The position numbers and the translations under genes were made by a program. A DNA stretch of 64,000 bases, from contig NW_027271069.1 in assembly GCF_040938485.1 (NCBI RefSeq), positions 4,092,001 through 4,156,000 on the forward strand, given 5' to 3'. Position 1 is the stretch's first letter, and each line of letters begins with the position of its first letter. Origin of the DNA: Diadema antillarum (lineage: Eukaryota). Below the pieces are notes generated by a model. The model had not been told where the DNA came from, ran no database searches, and saw nothing but the letters and a program-made list of their open reading frames with translations. Positions 1-11,543 of the stretch are shown here, one piece after another.

Positions 1-878
1 GCATGAGACTGACACTCAATATTATGATTATAGACTTTCTTTAACAGATCTCCAAAACATTGACAAAAGTCAAACAGAAAACATGGTCAAGATGTTTTAA
101 ATTCCTTCCATTAAAAAGATAGTGAACACCATTGAATTCTTGATATTATGTTGTTTCTCTAAAAACAGAAAAATCAGAGTAGATCAGTCAACATTTCGGG
201 GGATAAAGGGGACAAACCAAAGACTTATGAACTATTCAGTTTTGCCCCCCCCCCAAAAAAAAAAGAGAAAAAAAAGAAAAAAATCACAAAATTTCATTTT
301 CTCAAAAAAAAATTTCGATCCTGTTCTACACTGTACAGCACGAGTAACACACTTCTTCTTGTTCTCCCCGTCTTTACTGTAATCTTCTTGAACTTTTATA
401 AACTTAAATGCAAAAAGCAAGCACATACACATGTGCACTCATACGCACATCCAGCGGTACGTATTCTAACGACTGTCATATGCACCGACGGAACAATCTG
501 AAACAGACAAAGCTGGAGACCATTGAGACCCATGAGAAAATCATGACAGTAAAATGACTGCTGCTTCTCACTACGTCATTGTTGAGCCACATCGTGTGTC
601 CTCGAATGAACACATCATTGCGCTCCCCAGGCTGTTATTGATTTCTGTCACACAGACTTTACACATTCATATTATCTTTTTATAATTTTACTTGACCGTG
701 AGGTTTGTTTGGTATATTGCAATACTCTCACACACGATGCATGATAAAGCGTTTAAATGCTCTGGTACGATAGCTGGGAGTCAAAGAAGTACAAGTCCCT
801 TGACTTTTCTTCTGCTTTCTTTCATAAATATAAACTTGTCACATACCTGAAGTCATGACGAGAGTTTAATCTCTTTAA

Positions 879-1468
879 GGGGAAATCCAGTCCAAATACA
901 AGCTAGTCTGATTAGAAAGAGTAAGATATTACGAATTCAACGGTATAATTTTGATCGAAATTGGCTAAAAAAAAGGAAGATATGACATTTTGAAGATTCG
1001 CTATTCTTTCAAGAAACAGTTCTCGAACAGTCAAATGAATAAGCAAATGGCAAAGTGAGCATGTCATCCCCTTACAACTTACCGTACAGTTTGTACATGT
1101 ACATAATAATTTTGAAATTTCTAATTTTTCATTCACACCAAATTATGCCCGACGCTCAAATCCTCGTATCACATCAGTTATTCATCCAGGATTAAAATCA
1201 TGTTTCAAATTTCCATGACAGAAACATTGAATTTGGTCAATTTTCATTTTTTACACGATCAATGGAAACGTGAGGGTGTGACATGGTTAGCTTACTCATT
1301 TGCATAGCCATATCCACTGTACAAGAACTGTTTTGCAGAAATCAGCAAAACTTCAAAATGTCATAACTTCCTAATTTTTCAAGCAATATAAGTAAAATTT
1401 TTACGGTTGAACTCGTAAGATTGTACTCCTTTTAATCAGACAAACTTACATGTGGACTGGATTTCCCC
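879..1468. mobile_element. Non-autonomous TTAA-target DNA transposon (Kolobok-like MITE), family A
   Basis: TIR ggggaaatccagtcca (879-894) / tggactggatttcccc (1453-1468), imperfectly extending ~50 bp inward. TTAA on both sides (875-878, 1469-1472). The paralogous region near 9515 lacks it. Confidence 0.85.
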
Positions 1469-1776
1469 TTAAATAGTCAAATTCAGTGACTCTTCATTTA
1501 ATAAGACTTTCGACCAGTTGTGAGCGTATGCAGGGACTGTCAAGCCCCTTAAGGCAATGTGTATAATTATAGGCCTACATACTTTGTATCATATTTCCTC
1601 ATTCGACATCTTGGGAGTGTGGACAGACATACCAGCAACCAATAGGTACAAACATGATACCATTGTACCTCTACCGTCGCCTTTAGAGACGGAAACACGA
1701 ATATTAAACGTACTGAGTGCAGTGCATCACAAAAGTCTGTCTATTATCTACATGCTGTTTTCTCTCTGTACCCCGC

Positions 1777-1813
<37 letters not shown>

Positions 1814-1900
1814 AATTTTGATCGTTCTGCTTTTTAGCAATACCACGGTGTAACATTGATTACTTGCGAACACATTCTTGCACACAACTCCACAAGCAAC

Positions 1901-2892
1901 ATGGCGAGTGGTATTGACAAGGCGTTAGAGCAGCTTCTCCAGTGTCCGATATGTCATGGCAAACTTAAAGATCCTAAACATTTATCGGCATGTGGACATA
2001 CTTTCTGCAAAGAATGTCTATCAAGGCTGATCAATCACCATATTGGACAGCGCTGTGCGACCATGGAATGTCCACTGTGCCGAAAGGGAATGAACGTGAG
2101 CAGGATGAGGGTTAATAATCTTGCGACCAACTTCATTGCGAAGGGCATCATGGAAGCACTGGAAACTGCCAAGCGCAACATTGCGCAAAATCCGTGTCCA
2201 AAGCATCCCAAGATCGAGATGGAATTCGTGTGTGAACCTTGTCAGCAGATCATCTGCAGTCACTGCGGCCTCACCGATCACCTCAAACATGGCGACGGTC
2301 CAAAAAGTCTACAAGCAGCAGCAATCGCCAGAGAAAAGATTATGAGCTTTAGGAGTAATGAGGTTCGTCCATGGAGGGAGGAACATGCAAACTTTCAGGG
2401 TTACGTAACATATTTGGGAGGTGTAGGCAGCAGGCGGCTTGATGAAGTGGAAACAGCAGTTAATATGGTCTACGGATCTCATCTCAGTGAACTGCATCAA
2501 ACCAAGAAGAGAATGACTGACTACATAACGGAGCAGCGCCAATCACTAGCAAGAGCAATAGGCGAGGCTCTTGAACCGGACAAGGCTGCTACAGCGCTCA
2601 TATGACACGAACTGTGCAGCACGCTGAAGACCTAAAGGGAAGTGGTCGTTTCGAAGCCATCTTTACATTCTACAATGACTTCATGGAACAGGTAAATAAA
2701 GGTTTGGCATTCAGAACACCTCCAGTGCAGCCAGTAGTAAAAGAAGTGGAGAGCATCATGGCTTTGTGCTTCGAAGAGGGAATCCCGCTAGATACCAACC
2801 TCCTCGGGAGGATCAGACATGATATAGGAAACGGAGACAGCCCAAGTGGGGTGGAGGACGTAACCATGCTATCTGATGATGAAGATCTCTAA
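1901..2892 (+). pseudogene. TRIM-like RING/B-box/coiled-coil gene, copy 1, with a 2-nt frameshift
   Basis: ATG 1901. C3HC4 RING (CPICH..CGHTFC..C..CPLC), B-box (CPKH..CEPC..C.HC..DH..H) and coiled coil. The frame stops at TGA 2603-2605, and homology to copy 2 resumes in the ORF from ATG 2602 (ctc-AT-atg-aca vs ctc-gtg-aca). The repaired length is 329 aa. Conserved acceptor tttag|caat after a CT tract at ~1837. Confidence 0.85.
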
Positions 2893-3120
2893 ACGTGGCT
2901 GTGTTTATCAACACTGGAGGACAGAGTGAAGGAGAATTTGGGGTTAGGAACATTCTGGATGCACATGGATATGTAAGAACCAAATAATGATGGATTGGAT
3001 TCATATTGATTCCAAAGTTATCAAATGCCAAGAAAGTGCCTGAATATGTATCTGACGTAATGATGGGAACCTTACTTCCACTCAAAAGATATTACATCTG
3101 GCAAAATTTAAAAAAAAAAA

Positions 3121-3235
3121 AATCCTGAACGGGAACGAAGTTCATTATTATCATGGCTTCAACTAAAACACTGATCAATTAAGTGCTTATTTACGTCGAT
3201 GTAGGGCAATTTGTCAATCAGTTGCAATAAAAAGT
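3121..3235 (+). mobile_element. 5'-truncated tRNA-derived SINE copy
   Basis: atcatggct..aaaacactgatcaatt.agtg.ttatt.acgtcgatgtagggcaatttgtcaatcagttgcaat is the reverse complement of the SINE bodies at 38358-38775. Confidence 0.7.
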
Positions 3236-4161
3236 CCATATCTGTTAACTGTAGCTCTTGTACTGCTACAATACCATTGTATTTAACAGTTTCTTAATGT
3301 ACAAGATTAGGAGGATAAATTCCCCTAGATCTTCATTTTGTGGCGAAGAGGAAGAAAAATTAGTACATTTATTTTGTGATCGTGAAGTAGTGACGCCAAT
3401 TTGAACGATCTTATTTGTTGAATCAGGGTACACGTACATGTATTATCATTATCATTATTGTTATTATCTGTTATGCAAATGCCGAATAAATGATGATAGT
3501 AGTAATAATAATACATCTTAACGCACACTTTTTACTATTCTGTATTTGAACACTTTTTAATGTAACATATGATTTTCGTGTCTTAACTATTTCTATATTA
3601 AATCTATATTTTCAAATTCAAAAGTAATAACCCTTCCTTTGATGGGCTTAAGTCATAAAATAGAGTGCAAAGGAAAATTAGATTAATATAGATGAATTAT
3701 TCTCTAAGTATTTCTAAATAAATATTTTTTCTTTTTCTTTTTACCAATCAGTTATTAGAAACATTATAATAGTAGTACATGTGTATGATTGGCCTACTGT
3801 TTTAACAAATTTAAAAAAAAATACCATCATTTTGACAAGCTTTTGATTACTAGTAAAAAAAAAATGTGAGCTTTACGAACATCATATGATTTCATTACGT
3901 CGAGACCAATAGTACGATTACTGGCCTTTATTTCTAGCGATACCAAGCATTTTATGCCATCTGTGTGTTGGGATTTGTTTCTTCGTTTGTTCTGTAAGTA
4001 GCTTTAGGTGAACTTTGTGTCTCTAAACCATGCAATATAGTATCAGTGAAACAATTAAAAAAATGTTAATAAAAATTTCATAGTTGCAAATCTTCGTAAA
4101 ACGCTTCTATTGCATTGATGAAATCATTTTATGTGGTAAATTGAGTATGTATGTTACATTA

Positions 4162-5455
4162 GGCTACGGTCACAACTCAGAGCGGCGACCGATCGATTTG
4201 TAGACTGCTCGGTCGCCGCTGAAATTTTGCACCTCCCAGCAGTTTTTGGAGATGTCGAACAGGCTATAAACCCTAGCGATGCCAGAGCGATGCCCTGTCG
4301 ATTTCCCGTCGGTCACAGGTCGGTTTTAGGTCAAAATTTGCCCTAATAATGGGAGCGTCTTCGCGCAGAGACTGAGCAGTCACCGAGCTATGCCCCATTG
4401 GCAATTGAACGATCTCCCACCGGCCACCGGCCGATTTTTACGAAATCGCTCAGCGACCGACATCTACCGGTGTCCCGTAGGCGTACCGGCGCCCGCCCGC
4501 CGGTCTCTGCCGGAAATTTCTCACGAGCTACCTGGGTTTATTCATGTACCTATAATTAAGATAAAACTCAAGGCTAAAGATTTTAGTTAAATTACCAACT
4601 ACCAACCCTCAGATATGTGAAACCACAGATGACTAGAAATTAGAAAATCAGACAAAAGGGAGGAAAATCTAAGTTGGAACAAAGATTAGAATAAATTACG
4701 ATTTTCCAAAATATCTTTCATGTCTTTGCTTACTTCTATATTTAACAGATTTGTCTATTCCTATCTAAATTTATATCTTATTTCCCCATCTCCTCTTATT
4801 CATGACTTCTTTATTCAAAAGGCTTTTTATAAATGATAAGATAACTAAACATACTAAGTCTGCATATCGACACCAACTTTTAGATTTCATCCCTTTTGCC
4901 CCAAAGTGGTTGTCCCTGTCTCCCATGTCCCTCATGTTGGTTGCCGTGGTGTTGAGATGCTGAGATGTTGGTGGGGTTTCCTTGCCTCTATTCCTCCCAT
5001 AGGTTCTTTCACATTGCCATGGCTTCTCTTCCCCATCTAGTCCATGGTTTCCTTCAGTGCTTCTGTCATTTTTTATCTTTATCAGTTTCAGTCCCAAAAT
5101 CGGTCGACGGCGACCGCTCGATCTATTCCTTTGGTTTTCTTCTGTGCTTTTGTCGTTTTTGTCTCTATTAATGCTGTTCCCTAAATCGCTCGGCGGCGAC
5201 CGCTCGATTAGGTCAGTGCCTGGGTGGTTGCCGCTCGGACACCGAGCGTATTTTCGGCGGCGGGTGAAAACTGGTCGGTCACCGCTGAAATTTTAACTCC
5301 GCATTAAAACTTCAGCGGCGACCGACCGATGCCCTAAAAGTCAGTAGTGCCTGGTCGGCTACCGGTCGATCACCGATAGTTGTGCGACCGAAGTTGGCTA
5401 AATACTCGCCGACCGGTCGCCTAGCAGGATGATTTTGGGGGTTGTGACCGTAGCC
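4162..5455. mobile_element. PIF/Harbinger-type non-autonomous element
   Basis: 15-bp perfect TIR ggctacggtcacaac / gttgtgaccgtagcc with TTA TSD (4159-4161, 5456-5458). GC-rich arms carry many cggcgaccg/cggtcgccg motifs around an AT-rich core. No transposase. Confidence 0.85.
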
Positions 5456-6580
5456 TTATATATGCACTTGTGACATTAACGCTCTATAATCTACAGCACA
5501 TTTTTGTGAAATTATTATAATTGTAGATTAAAAAAAAATTGCAATGAATAGAATTTTAGGAAACTTTTTGCTTATAAAGGTTGTTAGGTTACCTACGATA
5601 GCGTTAGTCTTTGATAGGACAAATAACCTGTAAACGCACTTTTATAGAAACCTGACGTACGGCTATTGTTGAGATGAAAACACTAAGTGTAAATACCTTT
5701 GCCCTGAAATAAATTTTCTGCGTTCTGTTCTTTGCATCGCATTGACCAAAAATTCAGCCTTCTGTGTACAACTTCTACATTTTCTATTTACCTTGATGTT
5801 CGTGAATGTTTGTTTGTTGGTTTAATAGATACTCTATTTTCTGCAAATCAATAGATCAATCAGCAAATCAATATACAGTACATTATAATCATGAACATGT
5901 GGGAAATATACAAAGTAAATGCAAAACAGAGTCGTTTTACTTGCATAAGCATCGATGTAAAAGGAAATTAATGATATATTATGCAGTATGCATGTCTATG
6001 CAGCGGGGATTACAACAACAATTGTAGTTAGGAAGCGATTATGCAGAGGGCCGCCATTGTAAGCAGAGCTTGAAAAGATGGTCGGCCCGAGGAGAAGGTA
6101 GGGACGTACTAGGTGCGTAGCAATACAAATTCTGCTGCGAAGATAGCAGGGTAAAAATAAACTCTGATGTGTGATGGTGGCGAATGTGCGTGCAAGTGCT
6201 TGAAAGTGCAAAATGCACGGCATGCTTTGAAATACATGTACATAAAGGCCTATTGTGCTTTCGATGTGTGGTAATAAATTCCACAACCAAAAAGCAAGTG
6301 TAAACAACAGCAATAAACCAAACATCTGAATGCGCTACACTACGCCGTATATAGCGTGTCTGTAATAAATATCAGCGTCATGGTGCCTAGGAGTGTGAGC
6401 GAATCACATGTATTTGTAATCAAAGGACAATGCAATCAGTATGTGATTAAGCAGTTCCTAGAGCGTGTACGCTGTTGGCCTACTGGCAAAAATTATATTT
6501 TGGTTCTGCACTTCCATCGTAATCTCGCCTTTCGCTGTACCACACCCTTAATTGTCATGCGCGGCACGTCCCGTATAGAC

Positions 6581-6760
6581 AGGGAAGTGGGGATTTCCAG
6601 TGGATGCATTCAAAGGTAATAGCGTGACCCTGAAGAACTTATGATAGAGGCTATGCCTCTATAAAGGTAGGCGTATTTTGTTACCACTGAGGAGTTCTAC
6701 AGAGCACTGGGCAAACATTAAACACACACAGTCCATTTTTTTTCTTCTTTTAATGTGCGT
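6581..6760 (+). promoter_or_regulatory. Candidate kB/ETS/TATA promoter with non-coding first exon
   Basis: GGGGATTTCC (6589-6598) is a perfect GGGRNWYYCC match, with an adjacent GGAAGT. TATAAAG lies at 6660 and a possible donor GTGCGT at ~6754. Confidence 0.4.
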
Positions 6761-6764
6761 GCAT

Positions 6765-6768
6765 GTGC

Positions 6769-6808
<40 letters not shown>

Positions 6809-6822
6809 GTGTGTGTGTGTGT
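6765..6822. repeat. (GT)n microsatellite
   Basis: Direct reading. Confidence 0.95.
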
Positions 6823-7254
6823 GGAGGGAGTGGCTCCTCATCCAGCCTTCTCGGTTGTGCGGCGCCCGTTTCGTATGTGCATTTCTATTTTCATGTCAAC
6901 GTTAGCCACTATATGAAGAATGTTTTCTGAAGATAAAAGAAAAGCATGCTCAATAGCAGAGTATTGTGATCGAATACCTGAAGGGGAAAAATAGCGTGTT
7001 AAATGGAAACCAGCGTACCTGTACTATACACATTTCTGACACACACGTAGTACTGGAGATTCTGAATCAAGAGTGCGCTTAATATACGTGTTTGTGTGAT
7101 TATTGATGATGTGTGGGATTATTGGTAACATACATGCCATTGTTGATGATGTGCGTGTGCCTCAATGACTGTGAAACTAATAGGTTTCCCGCATATTTTA
7201 AAAAGTGCTTATCACTAGCTCTTGATACACTTTCGTGTATGATGAAAAGCTTCT

Positions 7255-7760
7255 TCTTTGTCACGTTGCATGCACATATGCTGGTGTGGTCCGCAAGGGA
7301 GTTCTCCACCGAGTGCGGTCGGCTGCTATTCTAGTAGCGCCAACGATGATTGTTCCTGTGCACTTCCTGATGTCGTCGAACCAACTTGCTGGTGGCCGAC
7401 CCCTTCTTCTCTTCCTTTCGACCATCCCTTGAATGATTCTTTTCTCAAGGCACTCTTGTCCTATGGCAGGGCAAAAAAAGAAGAAGGCTAGTTTCCTCAT
7501 TATGATGTCAGAGAGCAGTGTCTTCTCTGACCCAATCTGTTCCAGGGCCCATGTGTTGGTTTTACGCAATGTCCAAGACACTCTCAGCACTCTCCGTTAA
7601 CACCAAAGCTCAAAGGAATCAATGGTTTTCTTGTCGCTTTTCTTCATTGTCCATGACTCGCAGCCATGTTGCAGCAGCAAAAGCTGTTGACTTAAGAAGT
7701 CGAATCTTCAGTGCTGTTCGTACCTTGCTCCTCCAGATTTTTGACATGCTTTGAACCATG
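7255..7760 (-). mobile_element. 3' fragment of an RTE-clade LINE, degenerate
   Basis: KIRLLKSTAFAAAT, LRVSWTLRKTN and LEKRIIQGMVERKRRRGRP..W.D.I..DR..WR match the C-terminus of RTE/BovB-type ORF2. Frameshifted. Confidence 0.8.
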
Positions 7761-8001
7761 AAAAACAAATATTTAAAATGAATTTCGACAAATATTCCTT
7801 TGGAATATGATACATAAGTGAAGAACATTCATTTGATGCATCATTGAGTACTTTGGTTTGGCCAATTGGACTTTGCAATGACAAGACAGGTGGTAATGTT
7901 GAAGGTGTTGGCGCGTAACTTATAATTCACTATTGAAGCAATATCTGTCACAATGATTTACATAATAAATATGCTAAAAGGGTCTCTGTCCTTCCTCTTC
8001 T

Positions 8002-8286
8002 GGGGTGCTGTTCGTTATTCCGAAGCTTCGCTATTCCGAAGGTTCATTATTCCGAAGAGTCGTTAATCCGAAACACGCAAATTCCCTATACCTACAGGTT
8101 CGTTAATCCGAAAATGAAAAAGGGTTCGTTAATCCGAAAATTTGTGGCGTTATTCCGAGGGTTCGTTATTCCGAAGATTGGTTAATCAGAAAATGAAATT
8201 CGGAACAATCAACATTCGGAATAACGAATCTTAGGAATAAAGAGCCTTCGGAATAACGAACCTTCGGAATAACGAGCTGTAACCCC
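8002..8286. mobile_element. Foldback-type MITE built of 15-16 bp gttcgttattccgaag units
   Basis: Direct units in the left arm and inverted units (ttcggaataacgaac) in the right arm. Ends ggggt... / ...acccc. Confidence 0.8.
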
Positions 8287-9029
8287 TTTTCTGATGTGTT
8301 CAGCGTCCATGCCTAAAGTCAATAACCTTTTCTTGAAGGGTTCTGCTGTTTCTTTCTGACATTAAGAACTGTCCAAGTCTTTTTTTACCTGGTGTGTGGA
8401 TTGTTTATATCAAGCAAAAAAGTGTAGCAAATTGTTTTCGACATTAAATTGTCAAATTCAATGTTGTCGGAGATAATCCATATGCAGATAAGTTTGCTCA
8501 ATGCATCATTTGAAAGAACGTTAGTCAATTGTTTTTTTTAACATGACTATTGTGTTTTTGATAATACGCCCCAGTACTTCCGCATATTAAGCTTTTGTTT
8601 TAGGGTTCTGTTTTTTTTTTTTTCAATAGGACACACTGTACAAAACAAAAGGAGAGTTCTCAACACCGAGATCACAGTGTTGCCAATTTGTCTTACTCGA
8701 AACGTTGTAACTTTGTTACTGTATATGATCGATTTTTAATCCCAAATTCACTGATGTACTTTTGCAAGTTTTCTTTCTTAAAAAGCAACACCAACTAAAG
8801 ACAGAATAAGGTAATTCTAAAGGAAAACTTAGAAAATATTATATACCGACAACTTATCGTCTCATTTTCGTGCAAACCTGGTATACTTTGTTTTTTTTTC
8901 TTCTTTTTTACAAAATTGTTTTTTTTAAAATGAAAACAATGTATAATACATCAATTAGATATACCGAGAGAGCTACACATATTGTCACTCCAATCTTATT
9001 TCCCTAAACTTTAAACCTGTAATGTACAA

Positions 9030-10330
9030 CACATGCACAAACATTCTTATTGACTGTCTTGCACCGACGGAACAATCTAGAGCAGACCAGACTCAAACAC
9101 GCTGAGACCACAGATGCAATCATGAGGGTAAATTGACTGCTGCTTCTCACTTCTCATTGTTGAATTACCTCGTGTGTTTTCGAATTAACACGTTTCACTG
9201 CACTCCTTTAGCTGTTATTCTTTCCATGACACAGACTTTACACACTCACAGTATCTCTTTATTATTTTATTTATTCCTTTAACCATAAAATTTGTGTGGT
9301 ATGCTAATTTTGTTTCGAGACCACCATCCTATTGTGTCAATATTCACACACATTGCCGATGATAGAGGTTTGAATGCTCTGGTACGATGACGGGGAGGAT
9401 AAAGTAGTAGCAGTCCCCTGACTGCTCTTCTGCTTTCTTTCTTTCTTTATATATAAATATAATATATTCTTACCACTTATCTGAAGTCACGGCGGAAAAT
9501 GGACATCTCTAGTCAAAGTTCAGTGACCTTTGATCTAATCAGCGTTGCATCCCTTTTATACTTATTGTCATACTCCCTAAAGCATGTTAGGCCTACATAG
9601 GCCTACTTAAAGGATAAGTTCACCTTCATTAACATAAGGATTGAGAGAATGTAGCGATATTAGCAGAACACATCATTGAAAGTTTGAGAAAAATCGGACA
9701 ATCCGTTCAAAAGTTATGAATTTTTGAAGTTTTTGTGCAGTCACCGCTGGATGAGAAGACTACTGCAGTGTATGATGTCACATGCGTACAACAATATAAG
9801 GAAAATATAAAGAGAATTTCACAAAATTTCATCTTTTGAAAAAAATACACATTCTCTGGACTCGTTATTGACATATACGTTATGGGTAATAGTCCCATTA
9901 CCTTTAGAAAGAGGCAAGTCAAGTGCTCTTTTATTATGCGAAAAAAGTGAAAATATGTTGAATTTTCTCTACATTTTCTTCATACTTTTGTACTCATATG
10001 ACATCACGAGCCTTAGTAGTCTCCTCATCCAGCGGTTCCAACACAAAAGTTTTAAAAATTCATAACTTTTGCATCGATTGTCCATTTTTCTTCAAACTTT
10101 CACTGATGTGTTTTACTAATATTGCTGCATTCTCTTAATCCTTATGTTAATGAAGGTGAATTTGTCCTTTAATGTCATACTTCCGTATTCGAGATCTGGG
10201 ACGTGTGGAAAGACATACCAACAACCATCAGATACAAACATGATACCATTGTAACTCTGGCATCCATAGGAGACGGAAGCACGAATAAATACTAGACGAA
10301 CTGAGTGCAGTGAAACGATACATGACACAC
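9030..10330 (+). repeat. Segmental duplicate of the region upstream of TRIM copy 1 (~420-1740)
   Basis: Colinear blocks: gcaccgacggaacaatct, gactgctgcttctcact, cacagactttacaca, aatgctctggtacgat, tacaaacatgataccattgta, actgagtgcagtg. Confidence 0.85.
9611..10168. mobile_element. TTAA-target MITE (Kolobok-like), family B
   Basis: TIR aggataagttcaccttcattaacataagga / tccttatgttaatgaaggtgaatttgtcct with TTAA flanks (9607-9610, 10169-10172). A sister copy lies at 33988-34540. Confidence 0.9.
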
Positions 10331-10523
10331 ACACAAAAAAAAAAAATCTGTCTACTATATACAGGCTGTCCCCCCCCCCCCCCCCCCCCCGTCCGTCTCT
10401 CTATCTCTCTCTCTCCCTCTCTGGCACTCAATTTCGATCTGACTTCTTTAGCAATGGTATTGTCAAACAGTGTTTGTTCGCAGACAATTTCCCGACGTCT
10501 GCTCACTCTTATGCACAAGCAAC

Positions 10524-11543
10524 ATGGCGTGTAGTGTTGACAAGGTGTTAGAACAGCTTCTCCAGTGTCCGATATGTCATGGCAAACTTCAAGATCCTAA
10601 ACTTTTATCCGCATGTGGACATACTTTCTGCAAGGAATGTCTGTCAGGCCTGATCAATCACCACGCTGGGGAGGGCTGTGCAACCATTGAATGTCCACTG
10701 GGCCGAAAGAGAATGAACGTGAGCAGGATGAGGGTTGATAATCTTACGACCAACTTCATTGCGAAGGGCGTCATGGAGGTCCATGATGGCATCGTGGAAG
10801 AACTGGAAAGTGCCAAGCGCAGCAATATTCCGAAAAATCCGTGTCCAAAGCATCCCCAGATCGAGATGAAATTCGCGTGCGAACCTTGTCATCAGATCGT
10901 TTGCTGTGAATGTCTCCTGACGGATCACTTCCAGCATGGCAACGGTCCTGAGACTTTAAAAGAAGCAGCAAGCGCCCGAGAGATAGATATGATCAGTAAG
11001 ATTGATGAAGCAAGTCCGTGGATGGAGGAACACGCCAAATTTCAGAGCTACATTGAGTTTGTAAAAGGTAAAGGCAACGGGCTGCTTGATGACGTGGAAA
11101 CGGCAGTCAATAAAGTCTATAAATCTCGTCTCAACGAACTACAGCATACCAAGAAGAGGATGTCCGACTACATAACGGAGCAGCGAAGATCATTCGCAGC
11201 AGCAGTAGGTGAGGTTCTTGAACCGGACAAGGCGGCTACAGCGCTCGTGACACGAGCTGTGCAGCACGCTGAAGACCTAAAGGGAAGTGGTCGCACGGAA
11301 GACATCTTCACGTTCTACAAGGACTTCATGGAACAGGTAAACAACGGTTTGGTAATCAGAACACCGTCAGTGAAGCCAGCAGAAAAAGAAGTACAGAGCA
11401 TCATGGGTTTGTACTTCATAGAGGGAAACCCACTGGATAACAACGTCCTTGGGAGGTTCAAACGACGTCCAATTCCAATCGAACACGATTCAAAGACCTC
11501 ATCTGTTGCCCCATTATTCAGTGAAAAAAAAATAAATAAGTGA
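10524..11543 (+). CDS. TRIM-like RING/B-box/coiled-coil protein, copy 2 (339 aa), last RING Cys replaced by Gly
   Basis: Open frame from the ATG homologous to copy 1 (caagcaacATGgcg). The RING ends CPLG (ggc at 10701-10703) versus CPLC in copy 1. B-box and coiled coil are intact, and no C-terminal domain is recognised. Confidence 0.85.
   Translation: MACSVDKVLEQLLQCPICHGKLQDPKLLSACGHTFCKECLSGLINHHAGEGCATIECPLGRKRMNVSRMRVDNLTTNFIAKGVMEVHDGIVEELESAKRSNIPKNPCPKHPQIEMKFACEPCHQIVCCECLLTDHFQHGNGPETLKEAASAREIDMISKIDEASPWMEEHAKFQSYIEFVKGKGNGLLDDVETAVNKVYKSRLNELQHTKKRMSDYITEQRRSFAAAVGEVLEPDKAATALVTRAVQHAEDLKGSGRTEDIFTFYKDFMEQVNNGLVIRTPSVKPAEKEVQSIMGLYFIEGNPLDNNVLGRFKRRPIPIEHDSKTSSVAPLFSEKKINK

Noticed and set aside
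8002-8286. CRISPR-like array
   Set aside because: Eukaryotic context, no unique spacers, and the units invert at the centre as in a foldback MITE.
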